A DNA stretch of 64,000 bases from a virus, in IMG/VR virus record IMGVR_UViG_3300029880_000008, positions 22,660 to 86,659 of that record; one strand, given 5' to 3'. Shown here piece by piece: positions 1 to 8,798 of the stretch (within the stretch, counting starts at the first letter, position 1; the number at the start of each line of letters is the position of its first letter). The notes beneath the pieces are model-generated. The model was not told where the DNA came from, searched no databases, and saw only the letters and a list, made by a program, of their open reading frames with translations. Both the position numbers and the translations under genes were made by a program.

Positions 1-274
1 TCTCCTGGATCTTCTCGAAGAGGTCGCGCAGATTGTCGTCGGTGATGTCTTCCCATAATGGCTTATGCCCAAGCATCTCTTCGAACATCCTTACAACCTT
101 AATAAGCTTCGGGTATTTCCAGATGTATGCACCATAGAACGTGTCATGCCTCCAGGCGTTGCTGTGATAATTGGCGAACCAACCCTGCTTGATGGCAGTC
201 TTGTACTTCTGCTGCTGTGTGTAGCTAAGAAGTCTCTCCCAATCTCTTGTCTTGATTCTTATTTCTTCTGTCAT
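1..274 (-). CDS. hypothetical early protein, C-terminal part cut by window edge
   Basis: The frame is open from position 1 to ATG 274-272. The start context AGAATTATG is preceded by a TAACCAAAA leader and a TATCTTTG box. N-terminus is MTEEIRIKTRDWERLLSYTQQQKY. It is missing from the ORF track because it runs off the window. The overlapping + ORF 65..322 is judged spurious. Confidence 0.55.
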   Translation of the reverse strand, partial: MTEEIRIKTRDWERLLSYTQQQKYKTAIKQGWFANYHSNAWRHDTFYGAYIWKYPKLIKVVRMFEEMLGHKPLWEDITDDNLRDLFEKIQE

Positions 275-300
275 AATTCTATAATTTTGGTTACTAGTGG

Positions 301-308
301 CAAAGATA
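301..308 (-). promoter_or_regulatory. Bacteroidota-type -7 promoter box (TATCTTTG), extended TTTTCGTATCTTTGCC
   Basis: The minus-strand sequence TTTTCGTATCTTTGCC closely matches the boxes at 15596-15603 and 50636-50643. It lies about 25 nt upstream of ATG 274 and places the predicted TSS at the TAACCAA leader. Confidence 0.5.
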
Positions 309-357
309 CGAAAAGTTTATAATATAAACCATCGTCTTTGCCGTTTTTAACGCTAAT

Positions 358-876
358 TTAACCTTCCGAAGCAGTCTGCTTCTCGACTGATACGAGTCTT
401 AGGGTAGAACCATTATGGTCATTCCACACACGCATGTAGTCTTCCGCCTCATCCAATGCATCTTTATATGATTTTGCTCGGAATACGTACGGATTCTCCT
501 TAGGAATGAAAATTCCATCATTGTAGGCAATCTTATACTTTGCAGCATAGACACCAATATAGCCGTTCAGCTCATCGTTCAGACTAGTAGCGATGTCTGC
601 AAGAAGGTCAACGGGTATATCGTCATCTGTAGCTTTTGCTTCCGGGAATTCAAACCCTATAGAAGTGCATCGGCTATGAATGATAGGGATAGCCGTATCG
701 CTGCCGCCTACCTCTACTATGTTCACCTCCCTGTTGTCGTCGGCACGTACAGGCCAATCGAACACCTTTCTGCTCACATTTTGCTCTCTCATTATCTCAC
801 GGATGGTGCATGCAAGTTCCATCTTTGCTGTTGAACGCAACTCATCAATCTTGTCTTTCAGTACTTTTCTATCCAT
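358..876 (-). CDS. hypothetical protein (172 aa)
   Basis: ORF-track 358..909 trimmed to the internal ATG (MDRKVLKD), which carries the leader TAAACCAAAATATTAAGATTATG. No family recognised. Confidence 0.6.
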   Translation of the reverse strand: MDRKVLKDKIDELRSTAKMELACTIREIMREQNVSRKVFDWPVRADDNREVNIVEVGGSDTAIPIIHSRCTSIGFEFPEAKATDDDIPVDLLADIATSLNDELNGYIGVYAAKYKIAYNDGIFIPKENPYVFRAKSYKDALDEAEDYMRVWNDHNGSTLRLVSVEKQTASEG

Positions 877-933
877 AATCTTAATATTTTGGTTTAACTT
901 GATGCCCACCGTTTTCCGGCAGGCTTGTTTGGC

Positions 934-1506
934 TTAGTCTTTTCTTTCGATATCTAGGCCCGTAAGCACGCCTTTCATATAGGCTAATGTCTCTTCCTTG
1001 CATTCCGATAGAAACTTCTGGCATCCATCAATGATAACGCCGTACTTACCGCTCGGATAATTCTGTAGAGAGCACGAGTGGTAATGCTTTCCGGATTTCT
1101 CCTCGATTTCTCCTGCGAGTCGCTTCCCTTCGTCGGTCTCATTTGGACGATTTTCTGGGTACTCATCGTAAAAATACTCGTGCCATAAATCTAGTAGCAT
1201 ATCCTTGCAATCCTCCATATCTTGCAAAATATCCGATAATTTGTATGGTGCGCCGTTAGCACCATGTCCATCCTCGCCAATCCATTTACTGGCTTCCTCG
1301 TCAGGATCGAAGTCGCTATAATATTGATACAACTTATCCATGAAGTCAGACTTATTGCCATTCTCGAACCAAATTGTGGCAATGAAATCTTGGCCTTGTG
1401 GGGAATACTTCTCTAACTCGACGCAAACCTCACCTCTTTCGTTAGGTGTATCGTCAACATTATAACTCCATCCTAAATTCTCTGCTAATTTCAAAAAATC
1501 ATTCAT
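934..1506 (-). CDS. hypothetical acidic protein (190 aa)
   Basis: ORF track. Leader TTACCAATTAAAATTAAAGATATG lies upstream. No family recognised. Confidence 0.65.
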   Translation of the reverse strand: MNDFLKLAENLGWSYNVDDTPNERGEVCVELEKYSPQGQDFIATIWFENGNKSDFMDKLYQYYSDFDPDEEASKWIGEDGHGANGAPYKLSDILQDMEDCKDMLLDLWHEYFYDEYPENRPNETDEGKRLAGEIEEKSGKHYHSCSLQNYPSGKYGVIIDGCQKFLSECKEETLAYMKGVLTGLDIERKD

Positions 1507-1554
1507 ATCTTTAATTTTAATTGGTAAAACATTGCACCCTCCGAAGAGGGCTTT

Positions 1555-1950
1555 TTAGGCTTCCTGGTAAGCGAGAATCTGTATGTGACGCATCTCGAAA
1601 TTGACGAAGATGTTAAGATATATGCCATCGTCAGTAAGGAGCGTGGTTCCGTTGTTCTCCTCGGTGATAATTTTCTTTTGTTCTGTGCCAATAAGATTAT
1701 TCACCAAATCGTTTGCAACAATAGCAAGGCGTAGATTGTTCGCACAATCCTTTATCCATGTGACATCCATCGCATTGCCATATACCTCTGCGTGACAGGC
1801 GTTAGAATAGATAAAACCGACAGCCTCGTTGCATCTGTCGTCCGTATATTTACCTTCATCGAACATCTTCTCCCACAGAGACTCATAATAGAGTTCGTTC
1901 TCCATGTTGTAATTGTCCAACTTACACACATTTACATCTACTATTTCCAT
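1555..1950 (-). CDS. hypothetical protein (131 aa)
   Basis: ORF-track 1555..1992 trimmed to the ATG (MEIVDVNV) preceded by TAACCAATTAAATAGAATGATTATG. Confidence 0.6.
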   Translation of the reverse strand: MEIVDVNVCKLDNYNMENELYYESLWEKMFDEGKYTDDRCNEAVGFIYSNACHAEVYGNAMDVTWIKDCANNLRLAIVANDLVNNLIGTEQKKIITEENNGTTLLTDDGIYLNIFVNFEMRHIQILAYQEA

Positions 1951-2016
1951 AATCATTCTATTTAATTGGTTAATGTTGGGAGCGTGAAACAATAATGTTC
2001 CACGTCTTGTTCGGTT

Positions 2017-2451
2017 TTACACCGGCAGAGACACGATGTATTCCTTCTTCTTCTTTCGTGTTCTGCTCTTCACAGTGAATCCACAAAAATCTCTCAGCCA
2101 CCCGGCAGCATTGCCGATGAAAGGCTCGTTCACCATAAGGATAGGACGGAGCATTCCGTTCTTCTTCATGAACTGATAGTCGGTGAAGTCGAACGGATCA
2201 TCCAGGTCCTCACTCTTCTTTGCCCATATGTTCACGTCGAGATAGTCGATGAAGTCTCCCTCTGGCGGGTTGTCCATCTCGATGAATCTCTTTGGAGTCA
2301 GGAGAATCGTTTCTTTCGCCTCATGGGTCATAAAGAAATTCTCTACAACCTCATTGAACTTATTCATGTCCATCTGTTTCTGGACAATGCCCTTTCTCTT
2401 CATGATGTCGGAAGCTTTGAGCATTTTTGTTCCTCTTCTTGCTGTTGCCAT
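2017..2451 (-). CDS. hypothetical protein (144 aa)
   Basis: ORF track. Leader TAACCAATTAAAATTTTGAATTATG lies upstream. Confidence 0.6.
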   Translation of the reverse strand: MATARRGTKMLKASDIMKRKGIVQKQMDMNKFNEVVENFFMTHEAKETILLTPKRFIEMDNPPEGDFIDYLDVNIWAKKSEDLDDPFDFTDYQFMKKNGMLRPILMVNEPFIGNAAGWLRDFCGFTVKSRTRKKKKEYIVSLPV

Positions 2452-2510
2452 AATTCAAAATTTTAATTGGTTAGACATAGTACCCCGTCATTCCTGACGA
2501 GGATTTTTGG

Positions 2511-3215
2511 CTAGTGTGCAAGGAATCCTACCGCCTGCCCCTTACCGATGGACCAGCATAGTCTGTCTTCCTTCAGGCACTCTGTGCAGTTTCCGGTACA
2601 CAGACGTGTTCCTTCCGGAGCAGACGTTCCGCTCTCGAAGATAGGATGCGCCTCAGGGAATCCATGGCGGTTATCCATCTTAAGACCAAGCCATCCGCTG
2701 AATAGGATATGCATGTTCTCTGGGATTACATTGCCCTCATCGAGATACTCGTTGCATACATCGAACATCTTCGTGAACGCCAGGAACTTGGTATCCTTGT
2801 GCTTGCGTGCAATATCGCACATCTTGTCAAGATACCATTTATCCTGGATATCACCACCGATATGGAATCGGAAGGCGCGAGGGAATCTGTAGTCGAGATA
2901 CCCGTCAATCTCCTTGAAGTATCGCTCGGGATCCTCATGATAGATTGCCGAGCTGATAGCTCTCGTCTTGATTACCTCCTTGTAGATAAGGTCGTTTCGC
3001 AGGTCGTAGCAGCTCTTTGCACAGATAGCGCAGTTGCCGCAGTCCATGACCGGGATGAGTGATATGGAAGGGATTGCTCCCAATTTTGTATTGCCATCGC
3101 TAATCTTGACGTGTAGGTTTTCTACGTTCTCTAATGCGTTCTCATAAGCTGCCTGTGCCTTTGACAGACGAGTCTTCATTCCTTCCTTACCTAATGTCCA
3201 GTAATTTCTACTCAT
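2511..3215 (-). CDS. Cys-rich phage protein, GP88-like (tentative)
   Basis: ORF track with a leader unit upstream. The motif GNTKLGAIPSISLIPVMDCGNCAICAKSCYD resembles the TKLG...C..C...CY signature I recall for the mycobacteriophage GP88 family. Not verified by search. Confidence 0.55.
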   Translation of the reverse strand: MSRNYWTLGKEGMKTRLSKAQAAYENALENVENLHVKISDGNTKLGAIPSISLIPVMDCGNCAICAKSCYDLRNDLIYKEVIKTRAISSAIYHEDPERYFKEIDGYLDYRFPRAFRFHIGGDIQDKWYLDKMCDIARKHKDTKFLAFTKMFDVCNEYLDEGNVIPENMHILFSGWLGLKMDNRHGFPEAHPIFESGTSAPEGTRLCTGNCTECLKEDRLCWSIGKGQAVGFLAH

Positions 3216-3349
3216 AATTCTAATTTAAAATTGGTTAAACTTGTGGAACAAAAAACCGGCGTGTCTCACGACAGACCGGCTTGAACCATTTAAACAAAAT
3301 TTAGTTATGATATGAGTAGTCAGCCGCTGCTAACGACTGACCTGTTTGA

Positions 3350-3745
3350 CTAATCTTCATCTACTTTTACATTGTAGTGAAATCTTACTGTAAGGTAATC
3401 TGTGCTCAGAAAGAATGTATAGATTAAAGGCTCAGCCTGGCGTTCGTCGAGATACTGCTTCGTATCGTAATAGTATATGCTATTTTTTGATTCGCCAGTC
3501 AGTCGTTTGACAATCTCTCTACCCCACTCTGATGTAATCCACGATCGAAGCTTCCTGATAGATAGGTAGTTTCCGTGATACTCTATCATTGTAGGTGCAC
3601 CTCCGACAAATCCCAATGAAAAAAACTTATTGGTGAGATATTGCGAATCGTCAAAGATGGTGTCTAGAAGTGATTCCTCGACGACATTCTTCCCGTCAAT
3701 AGGAGCCTTCACATACTTTCTTGTATCTACATTAATTTCCTTCAT
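3350..3745 (-). CDS. hypothetical protein (131 aa)
   Basis: ORF track. Leader TAACCAATAAAATGAAGGATTATG lies upstream. Confidence 0.6.
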   Translation of the reverse strand: MKEINVDTRKYVKAPIDGKNVVEESLLDTIFDDSQYLTNKFFSLGFVGGAPTMIEYHGNYLSIRKLRSWITSEWGREIVKRLTGESKNSIYYYDTKQYLDERQAEPLIYTFFLSTDYLTVRFHYNVKVDED

Positions 3746-3863
3746 AATCCTTCATTTTATTGGTTAGACATAGAATCGGTTACCGAATCAGTAACCGACT
3801 TTTGGCTAGAATGATCCCCGGCTGGCGCCTTACTTTAATAGTTCGATCTAGAGAGCTTTAGCT

Positions 3864-3903
3864 CGAAGGATTACCTCCAGTAGTGACTGGAGGAGATCCT
3901 TCG
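3864..3903 (-). other. extended 16-bp hairpin in a 160-nt non-coding gap
   Basis: CGAAGGAT-TA-CCTCCAGT-AGTG-ACTGGAGG-AG-ATCCTTCG, read directly. It lies between the stop of 3971..5029 and the next intergenic unit. No ORF is present in 3810-3970. Confidence 0.4.
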
Positions 3904-3970
3904 TTGAAGAAGCTCTTGTGAATTTCTGCCGAGCCACCATTCTTTAGGCGGCGAACCTTACGTCTGATGA

Positions 3971-5029
3971 TTACTTGTTCTCGCTCTTGGCTTTCTTCCA
4001 TTCAAGAATCTTGCCCTGGACGCTGATATTATTGTCCTTGATAAGCTGCTTGAGTACACCGAGCATCTTCCAACCCTCTTCATCGTAGAGCTTGGCTTTA
4101 GACTCAAGTTCCTTCAGAGAATTGGCCTCTGACATCTTTCGTCCGTTCTTCATGAATCTTGCTCCATGGAACATGATGAGGTTTCTCATCGTGTAGTAGG
4201 AACCAGACCCTTTGTAAGCATGGATGAATGCATCTGCCTGCTTGGTATCCCACGCGAGATGCTTGCGGTTCTTGTTGAACTTGCGAACGGCATCGTAGAG
4301 ATCCTTGTGGTCGTCTACAGTAGCCATCTTGTTGGCAAGGTCACGGAGAGGATTGTATACCTTTCTATCCAAGTCAGCGACAAAAATGTCCTCGTTCTGA
4401 AGACGTACGTAAGGATTGCCCTTGCAGGTATGCTTATATGTCTTCTTCTTGTTTCCATCCTTGTCCTCCTTGGTAGTGTAGATGCACTTGTCGTCAATGT
4501 AGCTTCTGAGCTTTTTGATGTAGTCAATAGCCATATCGTATGCTACACAACCGTTGAACCAGCGATATCTCGCCTTTGTGTTCTCGTAGTCCTTGTGGTC
4601 ACACATCTTCATCTGAGCGTAGAGCTCATTTTCAAGCATGCGCCACTGATACTCGTAGCCCTTGCGCTGCAACACCTCGTTGAATGACAGATAACTCTTA
4701 TCCATGTCTCGCAACATGTGGAACATCTGACTCATCACCCAACGACGGAAGAGCTTCCAGTTACTTACGTATCCACCCTCTATAATCTGCCTGCCTACCG
4801 CATCGATGGTTGCATCGTCCATATCAACAGGGACAGCCGCACCATTTTCGATTTTGATAAGCTGATCATCACCGAGAGGGAAGTACTTACTTACGTCAAC
4901 GCCTGCTGCCTTAAGAGCTTCGAGACGCATCTGCGCCTTGGTCTTCTTACCTGCACAAGCTGCATTAACCTCTACATTGTTAGCTACTACCTTAAGATTC
5001 TCACCAGTGATTGTTACAATCTGCTTCAT
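3971..5029 (-). CDS. hypothetical protein (352 aa)
   Basis: Long ORF with a leader unit upstream. No family recognised. Confidence 0.7.
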   Translation of the reverse strand: MKQIVTITGENLKVVANNVEVNAACAGKKTKAQMRLEALKAAGVDVSKYFPLGDDQLIKIENGAAVPVDMDDATIDAVGRQIIEGGYVSNWKLFRRWVMSQMFHMLRDMDKSYLSFNEVLQRKGYEYQWRMLENELYAQMKMCDHKDYENTKARYRWFNGCVAYDMAIDYIKKLRSYIDDKCIYTTKEDKDGNKKKTYKHTCKGNPYVRLQNEDIFVADLDRKVYNPLRDLANKMATVDDHKDLYDAVRKFNKNRKHLAWDTKQADAFIHAYKGSGSYYTMRNLIMFHGARFMKNGRKMSEANSLKELESKAKLYDEEGWKMLGVLKQLIKDNNISVQGKILEWKKAKSENK

Positions 5030-5088
5030 AATTCAATTAATTTTAAATTGGTTATACTAAAAATTTATTTAACTCTAGTGGATGAGGC

Positions 5089-5541
5089 TTACGCCCCACC
5101 CTTGTTTGGCTCAATCCAGTCTCTGAGGATAATCAGATCCTTGTCGTTCTCGGACTTCCAGAACCATCTTCCCCATCTGTTCTCCCATGCAAGGTTGCCT
5201 CTTAGAAGCTGAATCAGTATGTATAGCTCCAGCTTACATCTAGCTACCTCCCGTCGCTCACCATACATCATATCTTCGTCTGAGAGCTCTTTCTCTGGCA
5301 AAGCCTTGAAGTAGTAGCGGCGATGGGATTCAGAACGCTCAGACGGCACAGAATGCTTGTATGCCTTATATCTCTGTTCTATTGCGAACAGGACTACTGC
5401 ATGTGTCAGGTAAGGTGTATCTTTCGGCTTATCTTCCTCGGACATCACTATCTTGCCATTCACTCTACATGTTCTCTTCTGGAAGTTGATGGTGAACTTT
5501 GCACCATTCTCAACTGCATTGATAATCTCGTCGTATGTCAT
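5089..5541 (-). CDS. hypothetical protein (150 aa)
   Basis: ORF track. Leader TAACCAATACAATAGAATTATG lies upstream. Confidence 0.65.
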   Translation of the reverse strand: MTYDEIINAVENGAKFTINFQKRTCRVNGKIVMSEEDKPKDTPYLTHAVVLFAIEQRYKAYKHSVPSERSESHRRYYFKALPEKELSDEDMMYGERREVARCKLELYILIQLLRGNLAWENRWGRWFWKSENDKDLIILRDWIEPNKGGA

Positions 5542-5573
5542 AATTCTATTGTATTGGTTAATAGGGATAGTGC

Positions 5574-5819
5574 TTATTCTTGCACTATCAAATTGGCTTC
5601 TTCGAGTTCATCCTTACTCAGTACATCTTCGTCTTCTCCGAAGTGGATATAGAATTTGTCTCCGTTCGCCCACTCCATTGCACGCATATACAACCAGTGA
5701 GCCTCTTCGATAGAGAATCCGTCTGCGCTTACTGAATCAAGCATCTCGCCCATGCAAACTTCTGACGTTTCGTACTCTTTCTTGATTTCCTCAAGCTTCT
5801 TTAGTAATCTGCTGTTCAT
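5574..5819 (-). CDS. hypothetical acidic protein (81 aa)
   Basis: ORF track. Leader TAACCAATATTTAAGAATTATG lies upstream. Confidence 0.6.
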   Translation of the reverse strand: MNSRLLKKLEEIKKEYETSEVCMGEMLDSVSADGFSIEEAHWLYMRAMEWANGDKFYIHFGEDEDVLSKDELEEANLIVQE

Positions 5820-5869
5820 AATTCTTAAATATTGGTTAATGGGAATGCGCTCAGAGAATCTGTTGCGTA

Positions 5870-7013
5870 ACTATAAGGTCTTGATTAATACTGTATCTGA
5901 GTCCTGACGGATCCAGGTAATCACCTGGATTCTCAGGATGGTTGATACCGTATTGTACAATCTATTCTCCTTGCGCACCATATCCGGCTCGCAATAACCT
6001 AGACTTATCTCATGTATTATGTTGCATGGATATATGTTCTCGATTCGGTCCCGTGACTGGATACCTGTGCCTGCGGAGATATCGGCAGGCACAGGTATTC
6101 CACCTTACGGGATATTAAACCTCATACTCTTGATAAGTCGTGATGCAATTCACATGGTTGTTTGTAGGTACACTCATAGGTCTGTTGTCTTGCTACAGGC
6201 TGATGATTGGAACCAGCTGGGTTTACGCGGGGAGCATCGTTGCTCTAAGGATGACTCCCCGCGTTATTTACCCAGCGGGTATAAATACGCAACCTCCTTG
6301 TGTACCTCGTTTGGCAATAACGTTGTCTTCATCTGAGAGTGTGGCACGTAGCTATAGCAGCTTGATTCGAGGGCTGTTGTAAGTCGCCGGATGGCACTGG
6401 GATTCCAGTGAAGGCCGGCGGCATGTAAACAGCACTATAAATTCACTCTCCTCTGAAGACTACCCTCGTGCTAGGGTAATTCCCTGACCGGTGGCTAGGC
6501 ACAATACTTTATGTTTCTGATTTGACACAGGATTCGCCAGAATAGATGATCCAGAGGTCGTAAGTAGTATACGACGCCCTCAGGATCAACTACTCTGGTT
6601 AAGAGACCTGTTGCATAAACTTCTGCCATCCATCAGGGAGTGGTGGTGTGCGCCACCGGTGGAAGTCATACGGACTGGCACATTTCTGTACTTCGTTGAT
6701 GAGCTACGCCTTGTGCGTCATACGAAGGTCCCGAGTTATCTCAAGTCGTAGACTTGGGTAACTCGAGGCCCTTCAGTTTGAGGTCTTCGAGGCGTCGCCT
6801 GAATCTATCCGTCCTTCTCCCACGTCCGTGTGCTCGGTTACAGAGTCTGCCGGTCAGAAGATACTGCGCATAGCTATATCAGATTGATAATATCCTGGTG
6901 GAGAGGATCGCTGGACCATCTCAGATTATGAGATGCTGTCCGCGATCTTCGAGACCGGATGTTTAAAACCTTGCGTCTTCATTCCGGCAAAATCCTTGCG
7001 CTAGGATGCTCAT
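5870..7013 (-). ncRNA. candidate large (~1.1 kb) structured RNA immediately 3' of the orphan reverse transcriptase
   Basis: - The only ORFs are short, random-looking ones, and the segment is visibly more G+C-rich than its flanks.
- It is packed with long perfect or near-perfect hairpins (plus-strand coordinates): 5903-5937, 6059-6101 (14 contiguous bp), 6213-6279 (nested 9+10 bp), 6383-6422, 6548-6587, 6730-6768 and 6917-6935.
- The strand is assumed to be that of the RT. The 6730-6768 stem contains a G-U wobble only in minus sense, while the 6383-6422 stem has one only in plus sense, so the strand is not settled. Confidence 0.5.
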
Positions 7014-8279
7014 CTACAGAGTATTCACCAATGTGTTGTACGCTGCCCTGCTCGTCCGCAAGGCGTTCTGAGCACAGCCGATTGATAGATACCCCTTGAT
7101 TTCGCTCTCTGTCTTACTCCTGTTAGCTTTCACGTTCCTGCCACGGCCTCGGTCTATGCAACCTACAGCCTGAGTCTTCACGTATCCGAGACCACCGACC
7201 TTTCTCTTGCCTGTCTTGACCGCACGGATGCAGTCCATGACGAATGCGTTGAGTTTGTCGATGTCCTGTTTCACGTTTATGACTGGAAGAACCTGAGTCG
7301 ACCAGGAATAATCGCAGTACCCCTTGTAGAGATACCTGTTTACTGCATTGATGGCTTTCGTCATCGTGGTGTCACGTTTCTTTATCGTCCTCTTCTCAAT
7401 CTCCTTCTGAAAGGTCTTGATGCGTGTGGACGACAAAGAGATATTGTGACCCTTGATGGAATATCCGAGGAACTTGAACCAGTGATTAGCGTCAAGATAC
7501 TCAACCTTCTTCGGATTGAGCGTCATCTGCATCATCTCCAGCTCGCTCTTCATGATATCCATGGCTTTCTCATAGTCTTCACCGACAAACAGCGTATCAT
7601 CTGAATAGCGGACGTAATATCCGTTAAGCTTAGATAGCTTGTCGTCAAGATGATAGAGAATGACATCAGCCAGCCATGCAGCAACAGAGCACCCCTGCTT
7701 GAGGGACTGATACTTCTCACAGAGGTTATTGTCCTCATCAAAATAGATATCTGTGTGATAGTAGTCACGAATGACATCTATCAGCGCAGATTTTCCGTAC
7801 TTCTCCTCTACCTTGTCAAATGCCCAGTCGATGAACCGAATGGGCACAGAATCAAAGTACTTGGAGAAGTCACCTTTCCATCCGATGATTTTTCCCTCTG
7901 CCGAGTATATTATCCGAGACACATCTTGCACCACACGACCGCAGCCGATACCCTTTTGGTATGACGTACAGCGCGGATGCACCATCTCTGGCATCAGCTC
8001 GAACAGGAGGTCGTTTGCTATACTCAAAAGGATTCTATCTACAGGCTCATTCACATAGACAGTACGGAAATCTCCGTTGTCTTTAGGAATCTTTGCTGTG
8101 TGTGGCGGCATTATCTTGTAATTGCCGCTCTTGATCCTCTGATACATAGCCAGACGAGCCTTTGGTGTTGTCAGCTGATACATTACTGCTTTGTTCATGT
8201 CCTTGAATAAGCCTTTCTCGATAGCATACTGCCATCTGGCTTTCTCAAAGAACATTTCTAGGATTCTGTCTTCATTCAT
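7014..8279 (-). CDS. reverse transcriptase, group-II-intron-like/orphan type (421 aa), not DGR-type and not retron-type
   Basis: RT motifs seen: IPKDNGDFRTVYVNEPVDRILL (motifs 1-2), GDFSKYFDSVP (motif 3), LKQGCSVAAWLADVIL (motif 4), YVRYSDDTLFVG (motif 5, YxDD) and LNPKKVEY...FKFLGYSI (motifs 6-7). It has a basic helical C-terminus and no endonuclease domain. It carries the same hairpin plus TAACCAAAACATAAGAATTATG unit as its neighbours. Confidence 0.9.
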   Translation of the reverse strand: MNEDRILEMFFEKARWQYAIEKGLFKDMNKAVMYQLTTPKARLAMYQRIKSGNYKIMPPHTAKIPKDNGDFRTVYVNEPVDRILLSIANDLLFELMPEMVHPRCTSYQKGIGCGRVVQDVSRIIYSAEGKIIGWKGDFSKYFDSVPIRFIDWAFDKVEEKYGKSALIDVIRDYYHTDIYFDEDNNLCEKYQSLKQGCSVAAWLADVILYHLDDKLSKLNGYYVRYSDDTLFVGEDYEKAMDIMKSELEMMQMTLNPKKVEYLDANHWFKFLGYSIKGHNISLSSTRIKTFQKEIEKRTIKKRDTTMTKAINAVNRYLYKGYCDYSWSTQVLPVINVKQDIDKLNAFVMDCIRAVKTGKRKVGGLGYVKTQAVGCIDRGRGRNVKANRSKTESEIKGYLSIGCAQNALRTSRAAYNTLVNTL

Positions 8280-8302
8280 AATTCTTATGTTTTGGTTATT
8301 GT

Positions 8303-8326
8303 GCGCAGTCCTTAGCTGCGCTTTTT
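8303..8326 (-). promoter_or_regulatory. representative intergenic hairpin of the repeated unit
   Basis: GCGCAG-tcctta-CTGCGC. On the plus strand it is flanked by TTGGTTATT and TTTTTAGGC. Confidence 0.5.
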
Positions 8327-8491
8327 AGGCAATGTTATTTCATCGCAGGGGAAGCACTGGTCTATAGGCCACCAGTATTCATTATCAATTCCCGCGAATC
8401 CTCTTTCCTCTGAAACGTGAGTGACAACGTGTTCCTTTGATTGGGAATGTATGTCGCAGAATACCCTCGTTCCTACTTTGATTTTCTTCAT
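8312..8491 (-). CDS. small hypothetical protein (59 aa)
   Basis: Translated by hand: MKKIKVGTRVFCDIHSQSKEHVV...CFPCDEITLPKKRS. ATG 8491-8489 is preceded by TAACCAAAAATATTAGAGATATG. It falls below the ORF-track size cutoff. Confidence 0.45.
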   Translation of the reverse strand: MKKIKVGTRVFCDIHSQSKEHVVTHVSEERGFAGIDNEYWWPIDQCFPCDEITLPKKRS

Positions 8492-8541
8492 ATCTCTAAT
8501 ATTTTTGGTTATTGGTAGGGAGATTGCTCTCCCCGTTTGGC

Positions 8542-8769
8542 TTAGTCGATGTGCTGGAGTGCTACGCTGTCATCTTCTTCGGATTCTCTCCAGTACTCCT
8601 GATCTGGTTCGATCTCGATAACCTCACCTGAGAAATTGTCAGCGTCAAGAATAATATCGCTATTATTATAGGCATCCTGCACTTTCTGTACGGCTTCATT
8701 CTCACTCTCAGCATCAACGCTGACTACCTTGTTCAAATGTTCTGTGACTGATACGTAATATCTCTTCAT
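8542..8769 (-). CDS. hypothetical acidic protein (75 aa)
   Basis: ORF-track 8542..8889 trimmed to the ATG (MKRYYVSV) that carries the leader TAACCAAATTATTAAAGATTATG. Confidence 0.55.
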   Translation of the reverse strand: MKRYYVSVTEHLNKVVSVDAESENEAVQKVQDAYNNSDIILDADNFSGEVIEIEPDQEYWRESEEDDSVALQHID

Positions 8770-8798
8770 AATCTTTAATAATTTGGTTAATGATGTCA

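Noticed and set aside
65-322. Plus-strand 85-aa ORF
   Set aside because: It is antisense to a leader-equipped minus-strand gene that runs off the window (1..274), and it has no start signal of its own.
5870-7013. Segment as the TR of a second DGR
   Set aside because: The RT lacks DGR-type motifs. The segment has no AAC-rich, TR-like stretch, and I could not find any coding region in the window matching it with A-specific mismatches. I cannot run an exhaustive alignment, so a remote VR outside the window is not excluded.
5870-8279. RT plus structured RNA as a group II intron
   Set aside because: In group II introns the RT ORF sits inside domain IV, with about 500 nt of ribozyme upstream and only about 100 nt (domains V-VI) downstream. 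Here the sequence upstream of the RT is an ordinary leader unit and a small gene, and all the structure lies downstream. I found no GUGYG 5' end. I found no 34-nt domain V hairpin. GAGCCGGAUAUGG...AAUACGGUAUC near 5945-5990 resembles the D5 flanks, but it encloses about 25 nt instead of a short GNRA hairpin.
5870-8540. RT as a retron
   Set aside because: Retron ncRNA (msr/msd, about 150-250 nt) normally lies upstream of the RT. The region upstream here encodes a 59-aa protein and a standard intergenic unit. The RT has FLGYSI instead of the retron VTG motif, and no flanking a1/a2 inverted repeats were seen.
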